Shown piece by piece: positions 13,900 through 26,785 of a DNA stretch of 64,000 bases (the stretch's first letter is position 1; each line of letters begins with the position of its first letter). The DNA comes from Marsupella aquatica. Taxonomy: Eukaryota > Plantae > Marchantiophyta. The stretch is taken from the NCBI GenBank assembly GCA_973895155.1, contig OZ316896.1:13697469-13761468 (forward strand), read 5' to 3'. A program made the translations under genes and the position numbers. The notes beneath the pieces are model-generated. The model was not told the origin of the DNA and did not search any database. It saw nothing but the letters and a program-made list of their open reading frames with translations.

Positions 13900-14435
13900 A
13901 TGGCATTACTGTAGCTCAATAATCTGTGTGGGTTCAGTTGATATGTCTACATAAATCTTATCTTTTGCAGTAGCTGGTCAGAGGGTGGTTATCTAGATCG
14001 ACGGTGGTACCTTACATTCACTCAGGCCTGCACTTTGGAGGAGCAAACTGGACTTGACTCGAGTCCAGTCTATCGATCCTTAGTTGGTCAGTGAGGATGG
14101 GGTCAAAGTGAAGGGCCAGCGTGTGCTGTGCGCCACTTTGGGATCTCTAAGGGAGATTTGGGGCAGTAATCTCGAGCACCTTTTATAAACTTGGGACGAC
14201 ATGGAAACACGGACTGAATGACGCTGAAATCATGTCACGAATCTGTCTAGTATCCCCACACAGGACGGCCTGTACTGTTAGTACCTCGATCTGTGTGGGC
14301 TCTACGCATTGTCTACATCATAATTCTTATCCCTAGCTGGTCAGAGGGTGGTCAGTGGTTACATCGAAGGTGTAAATTTACATTCACTTTAGAGGCACTT
14401 TAGTGGAGCAAATCGGCAATATATGACTCGACAGA
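13900..14435. repeat. Diverged direct repeat pair (about 13900-14065 and 14270-14435)
   Basis: Shared TCTGTGTGGG..GTCTACAT..TAGCTGGTCAGAGGGTGGT..TTACATTCACT..GCACTTT..GGAGCAAA..TGACTCGA. Confidence 0.7.
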
Positions 14436-15317
14436 CTCCAGCCCAAAATCCTAGAAAGAGCCATACATGTGAAATGGAGTTGCCGGCAGTTCAAGTGATG
14501 CGGGGAACATGACACGATCTTTTGAAGTCAACGAAGCCATCTCCAGAATGATGGTGGCCTCGCTGGCAGAGTGGAAGTCTTTAATCCGAAAGTGAGCGAG
14601 AAAGTACTCGTCTACAGTCTACACTAATAACGCTCTGCCTACCAGCCCTGGCCAGAGTCATATGCTTTATCTTGACTACATTATTCATATATACTCCTTT
14701 AGACTCCAATCTCCATGAATCACTGAGCTTTACAAATATAACACTCCGTACATATCCAATCAGTGTACGTCCGCTTTATATATAACACTCCCGTGAAGAG
14801 CAAGAATTGCCAATTAAATAGGGCTTTATATATATATAACACGTCATTTATATCCAATCATGTATATAACTTACACTCCATACATATTCAATCACACTCC
14901 CCACAATCATAAATGTCAACCTGAAGTGCATGTTTTATCTAGAATTTTACAGTGTTTATATTGTCTAGAATTTAAGATCACCTAGACAATGGTTCAAACA
15001 TTTCCAAACCTGGGCCCTTGAACTTGGGCTCCTTTCTTCAAGAGATTTGGATTTCAAACTACGCTCCTTCTCATTCTAGGGATTTGCATTTATTCAACTT
15101 CATCTTCAAAAGATTTTTGTTCCAAGGTCTGTTTTCACAACATGTGGCCATCCAGTGTAATTTTTGCTCACGTGAAACAAAGTCACAAGTGCCCTAATTA
15201 TGCTTTTGCGAGCACTTTTGTAAAGCCACGTTGGGGCACTAGTGACTTTCTTTTGACTTGGCTGCCTGGTGCTGGTAGGCAAAAACAGTTCACATATTTT
15301 GGAATTAATCTAGCTTA

Positions 15318-16600
15318 TGTGTGTGACTTTAATTTCGATGAATCGAAATAGACAGCCGAAGGCTTTCTTTTGTCAAAGGGTTCATTCTGCTAAGCAATTT
15401 TGCTCCCAAATAATATATGTCGTCATTGCCAAAGCATCTAATATGACGAGACCAGGCTAGGGATGCCTCCCTGAACTACTCAGCTTTTGCTGCTGTTGTG
15501 TCCAGTGAAGCAATTTATGCAGATAATCGGAAGTAAAGCTCCGGTCGAAGGACAGACTTTCGAGTTTAGTCTGGCCAGGGATATTTACAAATCTGTAATG
15601 CTAAGAGATTGAGAGACAATTCTGGACTCCGCCGGGATCATGACAACCATGAGCTCGACATACATGCTGACCGCTGAATCAAAATTTTGGGAATTGTCAC
15701 ACACCTAGCCTCGATGTAATCTATATACAGTACGTTAATTACGGATTATTCTCAATACAGTCAAAATGTATGTACAGGCTAGGAGAATTATAATCATGCA
15801 CAGTCAGGTAATCGAGACCAAGAGATAAAACGGCCGACACCAAGAGCGAGCAGAGTCTTATATAAACGTGACGGATCAGAGCAAGGGATAACGGCCTTGA
15901 CTGAGCATGCAGCTCTTGACTGGCGACATGCAGCAACTACGAAAATTTGTCGAGGACGCAGCAGGTAAATACCCTGGTAAATAATACCAACGTGTAGTAT
16001 CCGTCAGCAGATGATCGATCAAATACAACATTACAGTCCATACTCACCAGCAGTCTGGGAAATCTATGGGAAATGGTTATTGTGTCACTGCTCGATCGGT
16101 CGAATTGAACTCAGGTCGCATATATTTTTCTCCTGTCCGTGGCTGTTGCTTCGGGTACGTGATTGATCAGAATAGAAGTCAGTGTCGGCTATCCTGATTT
16201 GGTCGCACTGTTCCTTTTATTAGTTCCGAAGAATCATTCATCGTCATCTAGCCTCTAACGACAGCTGCGTAACTATTGCTCACGTACACGACCGGTTCTC
16301 GACGGGGTTCTTGAGGATCGCTCAGGATATATACGTGCTCCGGCCCGTGCTGTGGAAGATGTATTTTTACAGAGCTTTCATTTATCGAAATTGAACTACC
16401 GGTTGAGTTGAGCATTTGCTTCCAAAACTGCAGTAGTTGAGCTCAATGGTATAGACTCGTGAAGAAGTGAATTTTCTCGATCACAGATGAGTCATAGTCA
16501 TAGCTAGTGACCAATAATTATGCGACGTGCTGAGTCGTAGAATGGCTCGATCGTCATCCGCTTGCAGTTTGGTATACCACTCGGAAGAGCTCAGAGGGAG
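15318..16600 (+). pseudogene. Relic duplicate of the P450 locus: 5' flank, about 14 first codons and 3' flank kept, coding body missing
   Basis: 15318-15680 aligns by eye to 36980-37379 (e.g. CAGATAATCGGAAGTAAAGCTCCGG, CCGCCGGGATCATGACAAC, ACATGCTGACCGCTGAAT). 15990-16600 aligns to 39022-39770 (TCGAATTGA.CTCAGGTC, GACGTGCTGAGTCGTA, TACCACTCG..AGAGCTCA). Confidence 0.85.
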
Positions 16601-18639
16601 TCAGAAGTAATGCGACTCCCCACAAGCAGGTCACTTATATCCCCGCCCCGTGGTCTGGAGGTTTTCACTCTGGATGTACGCTTTGAATTAAGGCAATGGA
16701 GGGATACATAGCTACAAAAGTTTAGGATGCTGCGGGGGATGCTGAAGTCATGCTTTCCTTACGTACCAGTTATATAATAATATCAGTACGAAACAACGGC
16801 GGCCTATGTTCACGGGAGTGTGTTTAAATCTTATGATCCCAGCATTTCATACCATATCGTGTTGTCAATTGTTCATTCCAAAATGTCACATGCTCGTGAA
16901 ATCGAGAAGTGATCCACACCCGGATCGATCCACAGCTAACGCATGTCTTCTCGAGTGGTGAAAAGAATTGTTCCGAAGATGGAAGAAGCGGCCAGCTGAT
17001 CAGAGGCCAGGGGGATTCGTTGCAAACACAAAGTCCGTCTCTCTCAATTAAGTGAAAGAGTAATTTAACCCAAACAATACGTCAAGAAGATTGGACAAAT
17101 ACTGATGAATGGATGCGAATCACCGAGATAACTTAGTAAGACGAGGCTCGAGGTGCAGCCTAGCTAGAACGACAACAAGACACTGACTGTCTATCGTATA
17201 TTGGGCAGACTCTCAACAAATCTGATTGACCCTACGTACGTTCCATCACGTGCCCATGATCTGTTACACATGGATTGAATCGACATTTCCTGTCCAAGTG
17301 AGCATTAATTCTGTTGTGTATCTGAGTTAAGAAGAAATAGCCCCCACGGCATCTAACGCTATCTAAACAGTCGGCCGGAATCTCACTAAATATTGAAATG
17401 TGGTCCACTAAATGTTTACAAAAACGACATTCAACACTCCGAAGGAATCTCACTACAGTCCTTAGCTTGTTCAAATGATTGTATAGAGATTGAACTTGTT
17501 CAAATGTGCTCAGACAGTAAAAATAATGCTTGCATGTACAAGTGTTTCGAGATAACGTTGTCTAGACATTTAAACAGTGCTAACTCCATGATTCCATATG
17601 AGTTGTGCTTGACTACCTTAGATTCTAGGGGAGCATACTTAATTTAATTTCGTAGAATGATGGCCGGTAAATGGTTGATAAATGTTCACGCTGAAGCACA
17701 GTTCAAATCAACTAATCACTATTAATAGCAGAGTGCAGTTGCTCGTGGATGAAATGACAAAGCAAACATTAATTTTTGAAAAGGAAAGGTTGAGATTTGT
17801 TTTGAGTATGAATCATTTGTTTAAGGTAGCAGCAATTGCACTCCATTAATCTCTTTCAGAAGACACAATGATTGAAGAGACTATTTTTAGGGAAAGAGTG
17901 TGACTAATACTTTGGCATCAACTAAGCTCACCCCACACCAAAGGCAAGGGAAGAGTGACTGGGGAGTATTGCGGAGAATAGTAGTTCACCAATGACAAAT
18001 GAAGGTACTTGACGTTCAACTAAGTTTTGTATACCAGGTGCCCTACTTTTGAAAGAAGATATCCTATAAATCTTACGATTATGAGTTTTAAATTAACTAC
18101 TTTACTTTGTAAGAAATGTATTATAGGTACTAATATTTTATGTTATTGTAATATAAACACTTCACTTGTTATAACATGGATAGTATGAAGAATAACTATT
18201 GCAGATGATCGCCCCTAGTGCAGTTTTTGGAATTGACCACAATGCTAAACTGATGGTGAGTTCTCACCTCCCACCAAAACAGAGAGGTGTACGTAGATTG
18301 AAAGGCGCATAATAAAGGGAATGGCTACAGCTTCCATGCGCCCATATATGTTCCACTCCTCTGGTGGGCAGTTGTGAGCGGGGCTGTGAGGTAGTGGTGG
18401 GAGTCTACCCCCACAAGTCAATTGAAATGTCTAGCTCAAGCCAAGGTCAAGAGCCAAGGGCAGCAGTCAGTTGCTTCAAGTTGTGGGAGCCTATTAGCTT
18501 GCCACAAATCCTTGCATCCTGACTAACTTTTCCAGAGCATACTCCATCCATCATCATCCCATTTTCATGGCTAAATTGTGCTGTCACTTTTAAATCGTCA
18601 CTCGATCCCCAAACCAAATGGTTGTCACTTCTAAATTGT

Positions 18640-19560
18640 CACTCAACCTCCAAACCTGTGGGAGACAAAATAGTACTAACACTGTTTTACTTAATTTGTT
18701 AATAACATTATTGATTAAGTATTAACTAGCCCCTATGACCCATTCCTTGAACATAAGTAGATATGAATAAAATTCTTGCACTGACAATAAATTTAATTTG
18801 CTATTTTGGTTAATATATGCCCAATCTTTGTTTTTGTCCATCCTCATTTCAGTTTTGTCTTTATTTAGAGTCAAATGTAATTTTTACCCATCATTTTGAC
18901 CTTATTAAACCTTATTATTAGTTTTGTCTGTATTAGGAATAATATTCACTCTAGACCTAGGCCCTTAAGAATAAGCATCAGTTGGGGCTTTTATAGTAAG
19001 ATGGTGAAGTGTATCCAAGTACCAGGTTTTGTTTGCTTTGAGTCCAATATATGCATGGCATCCATGTCCCCAAACCTGTGGGACGACAAGATAGTCTGTA
19101 TTTTCTTTGTTAAGAACATTAATATCATTGACTAGTTATGGTCAAATGAATCCAACTACCAGATTTTGCATGCTTTGGGGACAATAGCGCCACTGCCCCC
19201 AAACCTATGGGAGGACAAAATACTGCATTCTTTCACTTTGTTAAGAACACTGTTGAATAACTAATATGGTAGAGTCAATCCAAGTACCAGGTTTTGCTTC
19301 CTTTGGGGTCGACATCGGCACCACTACCCCAAACCTGTGGGAGAAAAAACTATAACACTTTCTTTGTTTGGAATATTATTGAGTAGATATGGTAGAGTGT
19401 ATCCAAGTACCTGGGGTTTTGCTTGCTTTGGGGACAATTGCGTCACTACCTCACATCTGTGGGACGACAAAATAGTTCACTTGATACTTTGCTACGAATA
19501 TTGTTAACTAATTATGGTAAGGAGTGTCGGAGTACCAGATTTTGAGTGCTTTGCGGACAA
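18640..19560. repeat. Minisatellite with units of about 120-130 bp (4-5 adjacent units plus one upstream unit)
   Basis: CCCCAAACCT(G/A)TGGGA near 19068, 19197 and 19327, with variants near 19450 and 18650. ATCCAAGTACCAGGTTTTG..TGCTTTGGGG recurs in the units. Confidence 0.85.
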
Positions 19561-20014
19561 TGGTGGCTTAATATATTGAAGCACTGTCTTGTTCTAAGAT
19601 ATTGAAAATCATTTGCGCAATCAAATCAACGCTAAAGTTTTGTTTTTGATTTGTTTTTGAAGGTACCTGCCATTGGTGCACTGGCTTGCAAGGAAAAAAA
19701 CGGTTCGATCGGACTAAAAGTGTATTTGTTTAATATAATGGTCCTAAGAAGGGATTCCCCAAGCTCGTCCAGGCAGGTCGGAAATGACCTGTCAGGAATC
19801 TGTAACACTTACACAGTACTCAGCAATTATAGTCAACAGCAGCTTTGTAGAAGGATGCATAATCAAAGGGAGATAATACCAGATTTGGCAGAGCTGATAA
19901 ATTGGAGCTGGCACAACAATGGGTTAAGACTAATTGAGCCTCAAGGGTCTTAACTTGAATACTGTTTGGATTTTGAGTTAAGTTAGTAAAGATTTATTCA
20001 AGTCGTCTTTCATG

Positions 20015-20320
20015 CATTTCCCCGAGACACAGGTGACCTTTCGCAATATATTGATTTCCAGACATGAACCGGGTCTATGCTATGTCCATGGAGTTCAAAC
20101 GATACTACGATCTGCTCAAATTAGTAGTGATTAATTAAAGATTAATCTTCTTTCACGGATTTCTCAAAACGCAGGTTAGCAGGATTTCTCAAAACGCAGG
20201 TTAATCCGGGTCTATTCTATGTCCATGGAGTTCAAACTATACTATTCTTCATGTATTTCCCAAAACACAGGTTACAGTACATTGATTTCCAGACATGCTC
20301 CGGGTCTATGCTATGTTGAT
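20015..20320. repeat. Complex short direct repeats
   Basis: TTGATTTCCAGACATG x2, CCGGGTCTAT.CTATGT x3, CCATGGAGTTCAAAC x2, GGATTTCTCAAAACGCAGGTTA x2. Confidence 0.7.
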
Positions 20321-21186
20321 GTGATTCCAGCTATACTTCTGCTCAACAGCACTCACCTGCATATGTGCAAATTAAAACTGCTCAATAGACTTCATTTTCT
20401 GGGATACGGATCATCCCATCTTCCCAAATTCCATAAACTAAGCTGTCTTATCAGTGGACTGGCTGGGTTTTGCATTAGCCTGGTTTTATTACAAGAAATA
20501 TGCAGCCAGGCAACCAAGTGTGCAATTCCATGAGCAGAGACCTCCCATGCCAACAGTGATAACACCCATTCACATTTACGCTTTACTACACTTGCTGCCT
20601 TAGCTTTTTACTGTGCAATAACTCTCCAGACAAACGGAGTTCATTTTCAACGGCCTACCCACAAGGTACATGCATTGAAGTGAACTTCAAAACCTTCAGA
20701 AAAATTGACGCCAGCCCAAAATCAGCCAGATACAACCAGAGCAAAAAACAAAACATTACTCCAATTAGCAGCAAGGTGGGGACGGGCCCTTCGCTTGATC
20801 TTTAAGGAATCTAAAACCTTATTAGATTGTGGCATTGTGCCCATCCCAAAATAGCCCGCAAGAAAGATACGCAGCCCTGAACAGAATAGTTTTAATTGGT
20901 AGCCTACGTCTAAAGAACTGTTCATGTATAGCCTTTTATGGGCCAAATGTATGTAAAGTTGACTGTACCAATAGGTCTAGAGTGATGGTGCAATCAAAAA
21001 CTATTCCCGGGCCTACTGTCTACAGCGAAGCCACTAGACAACGCCTCGAACTGAGGTTGCAGAAAGAAAACAGGGATAAGGGCCACCCATGAATAAGAAA
21101 AGGCATGGAATCAATCCTTTTCTCTGAAAAGTTTTAATTTTTTTTCTTCTCATCTCTATTTGCGTTGATTTCAGGAAGTAATCAGG

Positions 21187-22308
21187 CTAGCTAGTATATT
21201 TGACTGCAAAATATCTGCATAATACGCTTGCTAGGCTAGCATCATCAGCTTTCATATTGGTATACTCATAGCCAGTAGACGATTTGTTGACAAGCAACTC
21301 AACAAGATATGGCAGGTGATCTTGGCAATTGTGCAAAAATGAAAAACTTGAGGTAAATGTTGACAAGAAAGTCAACATGACAGGAACCTGTCCGGAAGCA
21401 TCTGACAATTGTGTAAAAATGAAAACTTGAGGTAACTACCTGAAGCCAGTTTGGCCAGAGGATTAGCTTAGACCTCGATCAGAGGTCTAGGTTCAATCAC
21501 CTCTCCACATGCAAGGGATGTGGAGTGTGTGTGTGGTCGGGGTAGGGTGTAGTGATGTGAGTACTGGTTTCTCTTGAGCAGCTGGCTAGCTACCCAGCTT
21601 TGGGGCTGGTTTAACCCTCTCTCCCTCCTGGTCTGGTTTGGGTCCCTGCCTGATCCATGGGTATTGTACTCTTGTGCCTACCTACAGGGCGTGCTCCTGA
21701 GCGCACAGAATCGGGCACAGAATGCCTGTCCTCTCTTGGATGGGTCTGCTTTCGGCTTTGTCACACCATTATGAGTATGATTAGAGTATATCCTGTTGTG
21801 TGAGTTAGAGCTTTCATATGTGTGCTAGTTGAGCACTTTAGGGTTTCTTTATGTTTGGAGGGATAGTTATCCCTTGTGGTGGCTTGGAGCCTCATCTTTT
21901 GATGTTGAGCATTCAAGCATGAGCTTTGGCGCTGTGGTGTGTGCACATGATCATGGATTCCTTGGGTGAAAGGTGTGATCAAATTGGATGTGATCGATTG
22001 TGTATGTTTGGCTGCGATCGCTGTTTAATTTTGTTGAAGATTATTGTGGTTTGGACATGTGTGCCGGACATGAGTTCCACTTGTATAATTCCATTCTTCT
22101 ATGTTTGTTTGTGCTTGTGTTTGAATGTGTGTGCATTACACGTGATGTATGTTGTGTAGTGCAATGTGTATGCACACGACAGCTTTCAACTATGCCAAAA
22201 CAAAATGCAAAACTTGAGAGGAGCCTGTTGTGATGCCATGCAGATCACCTGATTTGCTTCAATTAATATGCCAAAGTAATTGCCACAGCAAGGATTTGCA
22301 ATCCAACT
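21187..22308 (-). pseudogene. Beta-adaptin (AP4B1) relic, last-exon part, interrupted by an insertion at about 21432-22200
   Basis: GGCTAGCATCATCAGCTTT and AACTTGAGAGGAGCCTG..TGATGCCATGCA match positions 9-180. The ORF reads LVELLVNKSSTG..KADDASLA against LVELLVNTSSG..KADDASLA in the intact gene. Confidence 0.8.
21432..22201 (+). mobile_element. Putative tRNA-derived SINE-like insertion
   Basis: Pol III A-box-like TTGGCCAGAGG (21451), 8-bp hairpin TAGACCTC/GAGGTCTA (21469-21489) and B-box-like GGTTCAATCAC (21490). Flanked by a near-duplicated AAAATG(C)AAAACTTGAG (21416 and 22202) that resembles a TSD. Confidence 0.45.
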
Positions 22309-22829
22309 TAGTTAGTTAACATTTGCCATTTGTGATTTTTGACAATTACAACAAAGAAGCATTATGGAGACCTGTAGGGCAGGTTTGAAGATTTGAAAAT
22401 GCAAGCTTATATATTTTATCATTTGGCCTTTTTTCACATCAGATCACCGATAATTATATGTTCCTAATCAAGCATAATATATAGATGTATTATTTTATAT
22501 ATCTTTATATCCAAAATGGGAGGCCCAGGGCCGGGGCACTGTGAGACAAAGAAAGGGCAAATTATACTGACAACTTGTTTTGGAAAACATGACATGTTTT
22601 TGTCGTACAGGCTATGTTGTGTGCCTATAATATTGTGGCTTTTGGTCTGCCATTTATTGCCCTAATATCCCCCGCAATAGAAACTGTACATTAGGATTCA
22701 AACCGGACAGTGGGTTTAGACTTTGTGGGTTCCTTCGTACCCGGGGGCTTTTCACCAGACCCATAATTCTGGTTGTACCGGGGTTTCAGCTAGCCTTGTC
22801 ATAATTGCACTGGCTAGCCCAATGCCCAT

Positions 22830-23180
22830 GCAGAAGATGTCGAGGTGAGAAACGATGTTGAGGTGAGAAAAAAATATCAATGGAGAAAAAGATGTGTGTG
22901 CTCAGAAAAGACATTAATTAAGGTGAGAAAAAGATGTTGCAACTTAGGTGAGAAAAGATGTGACCAAGGTGAGGAAAAGATGTTGAGAAGAGTCTAAAGA
23001 TGTCAAGGTGATAAAATATGTCAAAGTGAGAAAAAGCGGAAAGTAAGCAATGCATGAAGAAAGTCATTGAGAGAAAGTGTATGTTTTTGAGGAAAAATGT
23101 TGTCAACTTGTTGAAAATGTTCCAAAAAGGGCGTGTTATTGAAGGAAAAATGTTGTGGTTGTCGAAAGATTCAAGGAAAG
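22830..23180. repeat. Degenerate tandem array of about 20-bp units (AAGATGTTGAGGTGAGAAA-like)
   Basis: Repeated AAGATGT..AGGTGAGAAAA units, similar in style to 39880-40320. Confidence 0.7.
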
Positions 23181-23548
23181 ATTGTGGTTTGAGAGTATAT
23201 TTATTAGTATTGTCAATCAAAACAAAACAAGAAGCCTTTTAAGGGATGAGTCCAAAGCCTTATTTCTTTTTTCAAAATCTTCATGATATTCAAAAATGTG
23301 TACCAAAAAACCACCAAAAAATGGTATGTATTTTCCAAACTAGACTCAAGAGAATTTTACCACCAAAATCTAAGCATATCTTATATGATATTCTCACAAT
23401 TGTATAAACCTTGAAATATGCACTTTATAAAAGTAGTCAAAATCAAACTCATCGATCAGAGTTTAAGTCAAACTCAAAGTTTTACAAAATATAACCCAAC
23501 TTAAGCCCAAGTGGTTTCAAATGCTACGAGTCCCTCTATTTACCTAGT

Positions 23549-26500
23549 CTAATCCAAAGGGACCGCTTCCCCTTCCTTGGTTCCGGAAGTCCTTGCCGTC
23601 AATTCTGGAACAATTGTGGCATCGTCAACCACGCTATCCTCTCCGGCCTGAGGAATGTCTTCCTCACTCTCCTCATCCGTCTCCCCCTGTCCGTCTTCCT
23701 CTTCAATGTTATCTGCAAGGTTAAGAATCCTCCCTTTCAACACACTGCTCTGTCGCTCGTCAATCTCAATGGCAACGCAATGTCTCCCCATGGCCAAGGA
23801 GGAGGTTGTCCCAGTCCCTGATCCTGAACAAATATCCAAAACCCAGTCTCCAACCTGACTAAAATGACTCACTTCCCAATCTAACAATGCACGTGGTTTC
23901 TGATAGACATTCACTGCCTTGTTATCCCCGTTGTGTTTCAGCTTCTTAGTCACAGCTGCGCATACAACCACATTGTTCCTTGATTCATTTGTGTCAAAAT
24001 TGAAGTGCTCCAATGACCGTTTACCATCCTGGCTGTGAAAGCCAATTGTAAAGCACTCAAAGTTGCTGTTCAATCTTGGCCCACCAGCATTCTTCACATT
24101 ATCCTTAACCCTGAAAAGTCACAAAAAGTCAAGAGTCATTTAAACTTAGAAACATGGTTCATGAAATCATGAATAACTAATAGTTTCTTACCACACACAA
24201 TTCTGGAACCCTCCATTACACTCCGCTTTCAAAACGGTCTTGATGGCCTCATATTGGTCAAGGCTGTGGTGAATGATAATACGCCACAACTTTGCAGTAG
24301 TAGCCACCTTGAACGATTGGACCATTTTTGTGATCTCCTCAGTTCCCCATCCAATAGTGTCCTCATGAAGACATGCAGGCAATGCAAACCCGTAGCCAGG
24401 GAATATCCACTAAAGCTAATGTGTAAGCCCGACCTGGAACCACCTCGTGTAATCGCTGAGCATCATGAGTAAAAATATCATAGTGCACATCACCAAACTC
24501 TGGATGCTCAAACAAATTTGGATGAAGTTCCCCCTCTTGGGTTTGCCGACTAGAAGTCTTCATGGATAGCCAATTTTGCGCTTGCACAATATGCGCATTG
24601 AATTTGTCCGGGAATGACTTGAGATCTTTGCCTTCCTCATCTCCCTTATTTTTCCGGGAGGTGGTATCTTTCTACAAAAAGGAACCTTAGAATTAGAAAC
24701 AAGGATTCCAAATATTAAATGAATTCAAACAATCACTCAAAGAAAGGTGACAGAATCTTACCCATGTCTGGAAAACAGGTACGAAATTCTTAAGCACATT
24801 GTCTGTGCAATGCTTAGGGTACTTGGTTTTACAACCTGACCAACTCTCCTCGTGTAGACACGTGAGGAAGGCCTTCTGCACCTGCATCTGAAATTTGTGT
24901 CGAGTAAATTCGTGACCCATTTCCTGTAAAAAGAGTTCTTTAGTAAGAACTCTCTGTAACACTGGGCAAATCATATCAGGATCTTTCAAGGCTTGCATGT
25001 GTCTCCACTCTATTAATTTCATGTCCTCATAAGGCAATTTGGCATCTCCAGACTTAGAGACTTTCTTCTTGCCTTTGTCTCCTTTTTGACCTTTGATCTC
25101 ACACATCTCCCACTTGTCACAAATCTGCCTCACAAATGACCACACAGGATCTTGTCGGAATGCCAACTGAAATAAGTTATCATTGGCATTAAGAACCTCA
25201 ACATCCTTTCGTACACCCCAATCCTTGAGATTGATTTCAGTAGCACACTCTTTCTTGAAATCCTGGTTGGACGACAATCCATTCTCCACAAATCTCATGT
25301 GAATATAATTTACTCTCTGGATTGTCGTCATCTGTTGTCGAAATTCAGAATCAATATTGTGACTCCACGCCAGGTTTCTTGCCTCTTGCACACTCAATCC
25401 AGCAAATATCCAAGATTGCACTCTCCGAAATGCCTTGTTGTTAGGGAATTGAAGAGCAAGGTCTGCTTTGGCACAGGCTGAATGGTTGCCCCCAATCACA
25501 TAATAATGGTAATCAGCTTTCCTTGAAAAATCAAAGTCTTGCCTAGTAGCACACTCCTTCGGATCCACCAAGAGGACAAACGGAGCTGCAAGTGGACTGG
25601 CACCTACAGTCTTCATCCACAAGGTCAATTGGGTCAAGAAATATGGTTGGATGTGTCGGACCTGGTAAATGGGCAAGCCCACAGCCTTCTCTCTCACTGG
25701 AGGGTAAAGTTGACCAATGTCAACGGTCACGGTCTCCTCTTGAACACCACATCTTCCTAGAATCTCCTCCTGGTACAATACCTGTGCATCCATTGACATT
25801 GATTGAGCGTCTTCTTTTTTGACTTTGGAGCACTGGGCTCGGTAGGCTCAGGAGTCATAGCAGGTCGCTTCTTTGAAGAAGTGCGAGTTCCAGTCGTACC
25901 TTGTGCCGACCCACCAGTCAAAGCCGTTCCCTGGGATGATTTGCCAACTTGAGATCCCCCTCCAGATGCTGCTGCTTCCCGAGAGGTTGTAGGCGCTACC
26001 ACGGTCAAAATATCATCGGGTAAAATGCTAGGCCTGGATCCAGAAGGAACACCGGAAGCCCCAGATTTGGGTGGACGACTTACCCCCTTCTCTACCGACA
26101 TTTTCCGGAGAATCTCTCTCGATTTTTGGATTGCACTCTTTAAAGTGCTAGCGTGAAATTTGAACACAAAACCGGAAATCTTTCCCGCGATGTCGTGGTA
26201 ACGTTCCTCACTCGAAAGAGACTTGACAGTCTCAATGATGCTATCGATGTCCTCATCGAGATAGCAGGTGGCAGCCGTTCCGGAAAACCTCTCCACATCC
26301 ACGACAATCAAAGTCGACGTTTCCTTTGTTGTGATCAACATGTTCACAACTTCGTCGCCCCGTCGAAATACATCGATGCGGCCGTAATTTACCCACCCTA
26401 ATGCCCCCGATGGAAGCCCCTCAAATACACACAGCATTAGGAAGGGTTTCTTCCATGTTTCCGTCCCTAAGGAAATCGTCCAGGATGAGTTGTGGAAGTC

Positions 26501-26557
26501 CGTCAAAGGATGGCGCGAAAAGATGTCATCCACCAGCTCTTCCTGCGACATTGTCAT
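23549..26557 (-). pseudogene. Spliced ParB/Srx-like domain plus beta-class N6-adenine/N4-cytosine DNA methyltransferase fusion gene, two frameshifts
   Basis: Exons 26557-24762, 24671-24192 and 24110-23549 join in frame across GT-AG introns. ParB-like part: YQVRHIQ..PFVLLV..YYVIGGNHSACA..EARNLAWSHN. MTase part: LALVDIP[Y]G (motif IV), CVWVKDN, YQKPRALL..GDWVLDICSGSGT..SLAMGRHCVAIEID (motifs X-I-II). Lesions: a 1-nt loss in an A-run near 25815 and a 4-nt insertion at 24395-24398. Confidence 0.8.
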
Positions 26558-26714
26558 GTTTTTGACTGATCTTCAAACCTGAGAACATACCACAAAATCA
26601 GTCCACTTCAACCCCAACCTGCGAGACAAAGTGCCACAGAACCAAAGAATGTGCCAACAAATGGCTACTAAAGCCGTGTCCTTACGGATCTAACAACGCT
26701 CTCGGCCACCCCAG

Positions 26715-26785
26715 GACTCCTATCATGAATTCATGAAGGGAGTCTCCCTCTCGCACCGACCTTCATGAATTCATGAAGGGAGTCT
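26715..26785. promoter_or_regulatory. Tandem pair of palindromes between the divergent MTase and transposase genes
   Basis: GACTCC-ta-TCATGAATTCATGA-ag-GGAGTC (26715-26744) and the perfect 20-bp palindrome CCTTCATGAATTCATGAAGG (26760-26779). A regulatory role is inferred from position only. Confidence 0.5.

Noticed and set aside
14680-14910. Clustered TATA/CCAAT motifs in short degenerate repeats upstream of the P450 relic
   Set aside because: AT-rich degenerate repeat with no evidence linking it to a transcription start.
18640-19560. CRISPR-like appearance of palindromic repeats with intervening sequence
   Set aside because: The intervening segments are homologous to each other, the context is eukaryotic and there are no cas genes; it is a tandem repeat.
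23549-26557. Bacterial contamination or chimeric assembly as the source of the MTase
   Set aside because: The gene has in-frame GT-AG introns and sits within a plant gene relic.
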